Shown: positions 28,962 through 36,237 of the stretch, piece after piece
Layout of the letters: every line of letters begins with the position of its first letter
Position numbering within the stretch: the stretch's first letter is position 1
Assembly (NCBI GenBank): GCA_030638895.1
Contig: DAOWDS010000027.1
Coordinates: 1 to 51,368, forward strand
Reading direction: 5' to 3'
From: Candidatus Moraniibacteriota bacterium
GTDB taxonomy: Bacteria; Patescibacteriota; Minisyncoccia; JAHIHE01; JAGLIN01
Length of the DNA stretch: 51,368 nucleotides
Position numbers and translations under genes: made by a program
Notes under the pieces: generated by a model
What the model saw: only the letters and a program-made list of their open reading frames with translations
The model's database searches: none
Told to the model about the DNA's origin: nothing

Positions 28962-30749
28962 TTAAACTTCAATTACAACAGGTAAAACCATTGGTCTTCT
29001 TTGAGTTTTGTTAAACAAAAATTGTCCGATATGATCTCTTATGTTGTCTTTTATATAGGCCCAGTTGGAACTATGTTCTCCGGCAGCTTTTTTATTCACA
29101 ATTTCTATTACTTTATTTTTTGCTTCTTTAATTAATTCTGTTGACCCTTTCATATAAATAAATCCTCGAGAAACGATGTCTGGAGAGCCGACAATCTTTC
29201 CGGTTTTACCGTCCACGACAACAACAATTGTAAACATTCCATCCTCGCTCATTTGTTGCCTGTCTCTAAGAACAACATTACCGACATCGCCAACTCCCAA
29301 CCCGTCAACCATAACATAATTTGAAGGTATTTTCTCTTTTGTTATAACAGCTGAGTTTCTTGTAAGTTCAACCGCGTTTCCATTTCCAATCACAATCGTG
29401 TTTGACGGTGGTATGCCTATACTTTCTGCAATATTAGCATGCAATCTAAGCATATAGTAGTTTCCATGAATTGGCATAAAAAATTTCGGTTTTACGAGAT
29501 TCATCATCATTTTAAGATCTTCAATTTGTCCATGTCCTCCAACATGAACGTCCATCATTTTATAGTGTACGACATTTGCTCCTTGCCTATAAAGCTGATC
29601 TTTCAAATTTTGCACAGTTCTTTCATTTCCGGGTACGACTGAAGAAGAAAAAATTACAGTATCCTCTCTTTTGATTTGGACATGCCTATGTTCTTTATTT
29701 ACAATTCTCATTAAAACCGCCCTTCCCTCTCCTTGCGCTCCTGTACACATAAGAGAAACCTTGTTGTCGGGATAGTTTTTCATTTGTTCCGGCCTTATAA
29801 TTGTTCCTTTTCTGAATTTCAGATATCCCAGTTTATTCGCAATTTCAATATTGGTTCTCATACTATAGCCGTCAATGGCGACCTTTCTTCCATATTTTTC
29901 AGAAATAGTAATAATTTGTTGAATTCTACTTATTAAAGATGAAAAAGTTGCCACTATAACTCTTCCATTAGCTTTTAAAAGGATATCATCAAGGGTTTTT
30001 TGTATTTCTTGTTCGCTTATAGAATGTCCCGGATTTTCAGCTCCAGTGCTGTCAGAAAGCAAAGCGAGGACATTTTGCGATCCAAGCTGTGCAATACGGC
30101 CTATATCAGCGGGTTTATCTGTTGTTGGACTGTGATCAAATTTAAAATCTCCTGTATGAATAACCAGTCCTTCTGGAGTATAAATAGCCAGACCTAAAAC
30201 ATCCGGTATATTGTGGTTCATATGAAAGAATTCAACCTTGAAATTGCCAAGATTAACCTTACTTTCAAAGTTGACAATTCTTATGTTCAAAAGACTTACG
30301 TTTGGATAGTCTTCTTGTTTCTTTTTTATTATTCCAGCGGTTAGCGCGGCGGTAAACATTGGAGGATTTCCAATTCTTGGCATAATATGAGGAATGGCTC
30401 CGATGTGATCCATATGACCGTGAGTAATAAATACTCCTTTTATGTTCCGCTCTTTTCCTTTCAGGTATTTTATATTGGGAATTATATAGTCAATTCCAGG
30501 CATATCTTCTTCTGGAAATTGAAGCCCCATATCTACGATTATTATGTCTTTGCCATATTCAAAAAGAGTCATATTTCTTCCAACTTCTTCAAGACCTCCA
30601 AGCGGGATAATTCTTAGCTTTTTATCTTTTATTTGTTGTGTGGCTGTTCTTTGCGGGCGTGCCATGGGTTTTCTTTGTTGCATTCTCGGTCTTAATGGAT
30701 TTATTATGTGTTTTTTATGTTGTGCGCTTGTTTCTTTTTTTTGTATCAT
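28962..30749 (-). CDS. rnj: ribonuclease J
   Basis: It has the metallo-beta-lactamase motif THGHMDHIG, a beta-CASP region and a C-terminal domain. The N-terminal leader is basic. Confidence 0.93.
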   Translation of the reverse strand: MIQKKETSAQHKKHIINPLRPRMQQRKPMARPQRTATQQIKDKKLRIIPLGGLEEVGRNMTLFEYGKDIIIVDMGLQFPEEDMPGIDYIIPNIKYLKGKERNIKGVFITHGHMDHIGAIPHIMPRIGNPPMFTAALTAGIIKKKQEDYPNVSLLNIRIVNFESKVNLGNFKVEFFHMNHNIPDVLGLAIYTPEGLVIHTGDFKFDHSPTTDKPADIGRIAQLGSQNVLALLSDSTGAENPGHSISEQEIQKTLDDILLKANGRVIVATFSSLISRIQQIITISEKYGRKVAIDGYSMRTNIEIANKLGYLKFRKGTIIRPEQMKNYPDNKVSLMCTGAQGEGRAVLMRIVNKEHRHVQIKREDTVIFSSSVVPGNERTVQNLKDQLYRQGANVVHYKMMDVHVGGHGQIEDLKMMMNLVKPKFFMPIHGNYYMLRLHANIAESIGIPPSNTIVIGNGNAVELTRNSAVITKEKIPSNYVMVDGLGVGDVGNVVLRDRQQMSEDGMFTIVVVVDGKTGKIVGSPDIVSRGFIYMKGSTELIKEAKNKVIEIVNKKAAGEHSSNWAYIKDNIRDHIGQFLFNKTQRRPMVLPVVIEV

Positions 30750-30796
30750 TTTTTAGTATTAAGTAGTTAATATTTAGTATAATAGTGTTGTTTTAA

Positions 30797-30919
30797 ATTG
30801 TCATCTCGAGGGAGTCGCAACGACTGAGAGATCTATAAATTGAATAAATATAATTATTCTGTTTATATAGTAATATTCATAGATTTCTCACTCCGCTGTG
30901 GCTCCGTTTTGAAATGACA
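30797..30919. repeat. TTGTCATT-family palindromic element (long form)
   Basis: The arms are TTGTCATCTCGAGGGAGTCGCAACGACTGAGAGATCTA and TAGATTTCTCACTCCGCTGTGGCTCCGTTTTGAAATGACAA. They flank an AT-rich core. Confidence 0.75.
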
Positions 30920-30966
30920 AATAAAAATATTAAGTATCAAATTACCAGATACTTGATACTAAGTTG

Positions 30967-31037
30967 TGCCAGAGAGAGGACTTGAACCTCCATGGGATTG
31001 CTCCCACAGCGACCTGAACGTGGAGCCTATCCCGCAC
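30967..31037 (-). pseudogene. decayed tRNA-Leu(CAG)-like copy lacking a 5' acceptor strand
   Basis: The minus strand reads GTGCGGGATAGGCT-CCACG-TTCAGGT-CGCTG-TGGGAGCAATCCCA-TGGAGGTTCAAGTCCTCT-CTCTGGC-A. The T arm, long variable arm and TTCAGGT loop align position-for-position with the neighbouring tRNA-Leu. Only 3 of 5 anticodon-stem pairs form. No GCCAGAG partner exists upstream. Confidence 0.5.
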
Positions 31038-31047
31038 TTTTGAATTG

Positions 31048-31131
31048 TGGGGATGGGGAGAGTCGAACTCCCACGATATTGCTATCACTGACACCTGAAG
31101 CCAGCGCGTCTGCCAATTCCGCCACATCCCC
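31048..31131 (-). tRNA. tRNA-Leu (anticodon CAG), type II; CCA is not encoded
   Basis: The hand-folded sequence is GGGGATG-TG-GCGGAATTGGCAGACGC-G-CTGGC-TTCAGGT-GTCAG-TGATAGCAATATCGT-GGGAG-TTCGACT-CTCCC-CATCCCC-A. All four stems plus the variable arm pair. Confidence 0.9.
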
Positions 31132-31452
31132 TGAGATAGAATTTTCAGTTTTTCCGCCAGAGACAGATTGGTCTTGATCCGACAATCAATTTTCAATTTC
31201 TTAAATTATATTATATATGTTAGTTTAATATCTCTAACTTGAATCAAGGATTTCTTTTTATACGCACTATTTATCCAAATGCGTAAGTTCTAAGGTATCT
31301 AAATAACCGTTTATTAACTTTTTTTACTTTGCTATTGACATATTTTAATAAATATGCAAAAATATTAACAGTTTTTAAAATAGAATAAGCTGCTAAAAGT
31401 GGCTTATAAGCGTTAAAATAAACGCTTGACTGATAAAAATGGAGGATAAAAT

Positions 31453-31818
31453 ATGAAAGCGCATAGCTGGACAGGAGATTCTCTTTTGTCTGATCTTGTA
31501 GACAAGTCGGACGAATGTGATGCAACAGAGAAAGACTTAAAAATTATTTCTGAAAAGATATCGAATATACTTCGAACAAATCAATGTGTTAAACTACAAC
31601 ACAAAAACAGTCCATTAATCTTATCGTTCAAAAAGGACGGTCAGGCTATTGTTTGTGGAGCTAATATACCACCTAGAGATAATTATGTTTTTATCAAAAG
31701 TGTCAATGAGTTGTTGGCGCAAAAAGACATCGAATTCTTCTTCCGCTTACAAATAGATCAAGAAATAACAATAGAAAACTTATGTACATTTCTGCTCGAG
31801 TTTGATCTTGTTAAGTAA
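31453..31818 (+). CDS. hypothetical 121-aa protein
   Basis: A strong SD (ATGGAGGATAAAAT) precedes the ATG. A weak hairpin and T-run follow downstream. I recognise no family. Confidence 0.5.
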   Translation: MKAHSWTGDSLLSDLVDKSDECDATEKDLKIISEKISNILRTNQCVKLQHKNSPLILSFKKDGQAIVCGANIPPRDNYVFIKSVNELLAQKDIEFFFRLQIDQEITIENLCTFLLEFDLVK

Positions 31819-31923
31819 AACTTGTAGCTGAAATAAATATTTTTTAAACCGTATGGATTTCCTGCGGTTTTCTTTTTTTAATGTTTTTATAAAAATGATT
31901 TAATTTTCGAAACGAAAACTAAC

Positions 31924-32085
31924 TTGTCATTCTGAGAGAAACGAAGAATCCCATTACTATGCACACAAAATTATAAATTTAGAGTTTAGATTTTAATTTA
32001 TAAACAAGCAATAATGTATAAAATCATAAATTAGTGTTTTGTGAATTTTTTCACGGGATTCTATCACTTCGTTCCATAATGACAA
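31924..32085. repeat. TTGTCATT-family palindromic element (long form)
   Basis: The arms are TTGTCATTCTGAGAGAAACGAAGAATCCC and GGGATTCTATCACTTCGTTCCATAATGACAA. They flank a ~100-nt AT-rich core. Confidence 0.75.
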
Positions 32086-32120
32086 GAGTAGGGAAAATAA
32101 AACAAAATAGTAATGCAATT

Positions 32121-33347
32121 TTATTCTCCAATCTCTTCAATAATCCCAAAAATATTCTCCTTGCTTTTCTCAACTCCTGGCTGATTGCAAGGATTAACCC
32201 TTCGCAATAAAGCTGAATAAAAAGTGAAATAATGGAAAAATGCCATAAACCCGCCAATCGCGTATGGCGAAAGTTCTTCAATTTCAAGATGAATTGCTGG
32301 GATGTTATGATCTATAACATCCTGCCATGTTCCCTGAAACTCAGCAGAAAGAATTTCTGCCGAAGAAATGCTGTTTAATTTTCCTAAAGTTATGTTTCTG
32401 CATACTATATTTTTTAAATTATCCTCAACTTCAAATCGCGAATCTTCTTTATGAGCAGAGTTTTTGATAGTAATAAAAAATCCAAGCGAATTCTTTCTTC
32501 CTGAAATAAGTCGCTGTAGAGTATGATGCTGATTTTCTGGCGCTTCTCCTCCGTATACTGTTTGTCCGACTTCTTTTTTGCATACGCTTTCGTGATAGAG
32601 CTGGACAATGAGACTATAAAAACCGAAAAGTTTCTTGGAATAAATTGATAAAAACAGCTCATTATATCCATTTTTTTCAAGTTTATCAAGAGTAAGGGCT
32701 AACTGTAAAGCCGGATTATTTTCTATAGCTGAATTAATGTCGCACAAAGCATACATATCTTTTCCTCCTTCAATCATCTTTTTTGTGTCGATTCCGACAA
32801 TTTCAGAAGCTGTAAGAGCTGATTCGGTCAAACCTGTAAACCTGTCTGTTATTTCCGTTTCTGGATAGAAAGAAACATCAATGTTTTTTGTTTTTCTGAT
32901 TTGGTTTAACGCGCCTTTATTGTCTTCAGTGATGATTAACATCGGATAATCTTTGAGAGCAAAATAATTAGCAAGGACTTGAATCCTTGTTCCCGATTTG
33001 CTGGTTAAAATTACAAGCGTATTTTTAGAAAGACATTTCTTTTTTAAATCATAAATATAATCAGGATCTTCCGTGTCTAATAAATGCACATTTTTATCTG
33101 AAATTTTTCCAAGCGCGCTATAAATTCCTCGAAAATTAGAAATTGCTCCTCCATTTCCTTCCACGATAATATTTTTTTTGTCTTTATATTTTTCTTTTAA
33201 TGTTTCCATTTTTTCAAAATCAGGAACATATCGCGCGAATCTTGGTGTTGGAGTATTCTTTATTTTTTCAATTTTCTCTTTGAATTTTAAAGAAGACAAA
33301 TCAACAGTGGAGTGATTGAGATTTAATTTAAGTTTTAAGGTTGACAT
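32121..33347 (-). CDS. pgi: glucose-6-phosphate isomerase (short SIS-type PGI)
   Basis: It has GNGGA, SKSGTRIQ, DRFTGL and the signature-2-like NQPGVEKSK near the C-terminus. Confidence 0.8.
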   Translation of the reverse strand: MSTLKLKLNLNHSTVDLSSLKFKEKIEKIKNTPTPRFARYVPDFEKMETLKEKYKDKKNIIVEGNGGAISNFRGIYSALGKISDKNVHLLDTEDPDYIYDLKKKCLSKNTLVILTSKSGTRIQVLANYFALKDYPMLIITEDNKGALNQIRKTKNIDVSFYPETEITDRFTGLTESALTASEIVGIDTKKMIEGGKDMYALCDINSAIENNPALQLALTLDKLEKNGYNELFLSIYSKKLFGFYSLIVQLYHESVCKKEVGQTVYGGEAPENQHHTLQRLISGRKNSLGFFITIKNSAHKEDSRFEVEDNLKNIVCRNITLGKLNSISSAEILSAEFQGTWQDVIDHNIPAIHLEIEELSPYAIGGFMAFFHYFTFYSALLRRVNPCNQPGVEKSKENIFGIIEEIGE

Positions 33348-33422
33348 AAAACTATATTGTTAAATATGTAAAATACTCTAAATTTTAAAATCGAAAATTT
33401 TGTTTAAATGTTAAAATGATTT

Positions 33423-34934
33423 CTATTTCCAAACTCTTTTTGTATTCATATGCCAATTTTCAATCGCGTTAAATCTATTGGATGGAATTATGATATTTTC
33501 AAGCTCTACGCCACGGACTGACTTGTTTTGTAAATATAAATAATGTGGACTATACAAGAAAATAGCTGGAATATCTTCAATAATAAGCTCTTGGAACTTC
33601 TTATATTTCTCCGCCCTTACTTCTCTGTCTGTTTCATATCTCGCTTCTTCTAAAAGCTTATCTATTTCAGAATTGTCATATAAAGAAAGATTTAATCCGG
33701 TTTCTTTTTTCTGTGAAGAATGCCAAAAGGCGAATGGATCAGGATCGTAATTGAGAATTTGCGCGAACAGGACAGCTTCGTATTCACGAGGCTTTATATA
33801 ATCATTTCTAAGTTTATTAGTTTGAATATTTTCGATTTCAATATTGACTCCTATCTCTTTCCACATTTGCTGAATCATTTTTGCAGTTTCAACAAGCTCC
33901 GGTTGATCGTGCGTGATTAGAGTAAATTCTATTTTAACATCCTCTTTTGCTCTTATTCCGTCGCTGTCAGAGTTAATCCATCCTGCCGCTTCAAGCGTAT
34001 TGTTGGCATGTTCTTGCGCGTAATCATACACTTTTACATTAGGATTGTGTCCTAATAATTGTGGCGGTATGGGAGATTCCGATGAATTTCCTTCTCCCTT
34101 GAGAATTTCTTCTATCAGCCTATTTTTATCTATTGCATGCGAAAGCGCTAGCCGCACTTTTTTATCTGAAAGCGCTTTATTTTTTGTTTGATTAAAAAAT
34201 ATCGCAAAATAGCGCGGAATTTTGAGTTTGTATAAATTTGAATTTTCAAAATTTGCGATCTTCTCTTTACTTTTTGGAGAAAGATAATTTATTCCTTTAA
34301 TTTCCTTTCGGTTGAATGCTGATATCGCGTATTCTTCTTTTTGAAAAAATTTAAATACCAATTTTTCTATATATGGTTTTTGAGCATAATATTCATTGTT
34401 TCTTATAAATTCAATAGAGCTTATTTTTCCTTCCGTGTCTTTCGCAAACTGGCTGAATTTATATGGGCCAGTTCCAATTGGCCTTAGGTTATAATCTGCT
34501 AAAAGAAAACTGTTTATATCTTTTGTTTTCCATAAATATTCAGGCAATATTCCGAAAGTAAGATTGTTCAGAAATGGTGAATACGCGTTTTTTAAGATAA
34601 ATTTTACTGTATAGTCGTCAATTTTTTCCGTTCTTATGCCAGTCCAATTTGATCTTAATACGCTGTTGTAATCCGGATTTTGTATGGTTTGAATTGTGAA
34701 TATAATGTCAGCAACTGTAAGCTCCTTTCCGCTGTGCCATTTTACGCCTCTTTTTATATAAAAAGTGTAGCTTAATTTATCTTCTCCTATTTCATAATTC
34801 TCTACAAGATCATTAACTAAATCTCCTTTTGTGTTGAGTTTCAGAAGACTAGAGTATATGATAGATGAAAGATCTGAATCAATATCATTTGATTGAGACA
34901 GAATTGGATTTATAAATCTTGGCTGTCCTACCAT
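33423..34934 (-). CDS. ABC transporter substrate-binding protein, family 5 (peptide/nickel, OppA/DppA-like)
   Basis: It is a full-length SBP_bac_5-like sequence (LV..YE......YTF.IK.GVKWH.G..LTA.DV.FT). The coordinates start at the first ATG. The frame stays open upstream to 35135 and encodes a signal anchor (see finding). Confidence 0.8.
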   Translation of the reverse strand: MVGQPRFINPILSQSNDIDSDLSSIIYSSLLKLNTKGDLVNDLVENYEIGEDKLSYTFYIKRGVKWHSGKELTVADIIFTIQTIQNPDYNSVLRSNWTGIRTEKIDDYTVKFILKNAYSPFLNNLTFGILPEYLWKTKDINSFLLADYNLRPIGTGPYKFSQFAKDTEGKISSIEFIRNNEYYAQKPYIEKLVFKFFQKEEYAISAFNRKEIKGINYLSPKSKEKIANFENSNLYKLKIPRYFAIFFNQTKNKALSDKKVRLALSHAIDKNRLIEEILKGEGNSSESPIPPQLLGHNPNVKVYDYAQEHANNTLEAAGWINSDSDGIRAKEDVKIEFTLITHDQPELVETAKMIQQMWKEIGVNIEIENIQTNKLRNDYIKPREYEAVLFAQILNYDPDPFAFWHSSQKKETGLNLSLYDNSEIDKLLEEARYETDREVRAEKYKKFQELIIEDIPAIFLYSPHYLYLQNKSVRGVELENIIIPSNRFNAIENWHMNTKRVWK

Positions 34935-35144
34935 TCCTTCCGTATATTCTCCGCCAAAATCAGGAATTTTTTGAGTGTTTTTTATATAATAGGAAAAACC
35001 TAAATAAGCGTTGCTAATAATAACCAGTGATAATAAAAAATAAACAAGCCAGCGCTCTTTTTTGCTTAATACATAAAAAACTCTTTTTAATTTTCCTAAA
35101 AAACTTTTTCTATTTTTTATAAGCTTTATTAATGTTTATGTTTT

Positions 35145-35177
35145 TAGGACTTGAATACGGCAAACGCGCAAGTCCTA
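35145..35177. repeat. 9-bp-stem hairpin carrying the CAAACGCGCAAGTC motif shared with the rpoB leader
   Basis: TAGGACTTG-15 nt-CAAGTCCTA. The 14-mer at 35161-35174 is the reverse complement of 16587-16600. Confidence 0.6.
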
Positions 35178-35259
35178 GTTTTATTAAACCAAGACAGGAC
35201 CTTAATTCTCTGGTCTTGATTAATATACGATCAATATTAAATACCAAGCTTGATACTAT

Positions 35260-35478
35260 CTAGTGTTGTATAAAATTATAAAAGGCAGTGCCCAAAAATA
35301 ATATAACAAGAACTAATGTTGAGATAAAAAGAAACTTATCAAAACCTCTTTTTGTTTGATATACATTTCCAGATCCGCCAAAAGTTTCACTGAGTCCAGC
35401 GCCTCTATTTTGAAGCAAGATCGAGATAACAAGAAGCACCGATATGATTATTTGAATTGTTCCGAGTGTTTTGTCCAT
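35260..35478 (-). CDS. secG: preprotein translocase subunit SecG
   Basis: It is 72 aa with two TM helices. It carries the LLQ..G.GLS..FGG motif typical of SecG. Confidence 0.85.
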   Translation of the reverse strand: MDKTLGTIQIIISVLLVISILLQNRGAGLSETFGGSGNVYQTKRGFDKFLFISTLVLVILFLGTAFYNFIQH

Positions 35479-35521
35479 AAATTAGTATTTAGTATTAAGC
35501 TTTTGATATAAATTTCTACAT

Positions 35522-35875
35522 CTATTTTTTAGAGAATGCTCCGATAAAGATGTTAACGGCGCTAATTACGATCATTCCCCAAAAGGCCGCGGATAAGCTT
35601 TCAATTGCCATTTCAACGATAAAATAGTCTAGCAGAAGAAGCATAGCAATATTTATTATAATTGTAAAGAGACCGAGCGTAAAAAGTATAATTGGCGCGG
35701 AAATAATTTTAAGTATCGGTTTTATAAAAAAGTTTATTAAACCAAAAATAAATCCAGCTGTCAAAAGCGGCATAAAGCTGTCTTCTGATGCAAATGAAAA
35801 TCCCGTGACTACCTTAGCGGCTATGTAAATTGCGATTGAGTTTGTTAAAATTCGAATAATTAGATTTTTAAACAT
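35522..35875 (-). CDS. DUF360 / phage-holin-family-IV-like four-TM membrane protein
   Basis: It is 117 aa. The start is L.N..A.Y.AA..V.GF. It has four hydrophobic helices in the YvlD-like pattern. Confidence 0.65.
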   Translation of the reverse strand: MFKNLIIRILTNSIAIYIAAKVVTGFSFASEDSFMPLLTAGFIFGLINFFIKPILKIISAPIILFTLGLFTIIINIAMLLLLDYFIVEMAIESLSAAFWGMIVISAVNIFIGAFSKK

Positions 35876-36237
35876 AAGTTTGAATTTATTTGATATTCTC
35901 TTTAATCTTAAATTATCATATTTTTGTAGATTTGTCTATAAAAAAATTCGAAAATAGAAACATTCTTTTTATTTTTTTTTGCTTAATGCCTGTACTGCAT
36001 ATTTAATACTAGATAGCCTCCACTTGATTTATTCTGAAACTGTGATACAATTTTAGACAGCTTAGTGCTCGGAAATAAATAACTTCCACAATTTCATCTC
36101 ATCTTTATGCCATCTTGACTTGAAAAAACTCTCAATATATATCAATATCTTTCAATTTTTTTCAAACCAATCTAGCGCAAATCTGAGCGAACCTGGGATG
36201 TTATTTATTTACGCGCCCTTATTTTTTAGATACAATT

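Noticed and set aside
30967-31047. tmRNA (ssrA) or a split/permuted tRNA, as an explanation for the acceptor-less tRNA-like sequence.
   Set aside because: There is no GGGG-type 5' end able to pair with CTCTGGC, no tag-peptide reading frame and no pseudoknot region. The sequence aligns along its length with the adjacent tRNA-Leu, so a decayed duplicate is simpler.
30942-31196. ORFs 30942-31196 (-) and 30992-31177 (+).
   Set aside because: They overlap the tRNA-Leu gene and its decayed copy. The open frames are a by-product of the GC-richer tRNA sequence.
32051-32287. A 78-aa ORF on the minus strand, plus 31271-31525 (-) and 2658-2903 (+).
   Set aside because: The first ORF runs from the 3' end of pgi into the palindromic element at 31924-32085. 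The other two overlap better-supported genes or promoter regions and have no SD or family signal.
35522-35875. A prophage or lysis cassette, suggested by the 'phage holin family IV' similarity.
   Set aside because: It is a single DUF360-type membrane gene between secG and uvrA. There is no endolysin, integrase, capsid or tail gene nearby, and this family is widespread as a chromosomal membrane protein.
35876-36237. The 360-nt divergent spacer between the DUF360 gene and uvrA, considered as a hidden ncRNA (SRP RNA, 6S or RNase P).
   Set aside because: I found no conserved SRP or RNase P motifs and no extended helices. It contains a plausible uvrA promoter (TTGACT at 36115, followed by a TATAT-rich -10). 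I cannot support an RNA gene from sequence alone.
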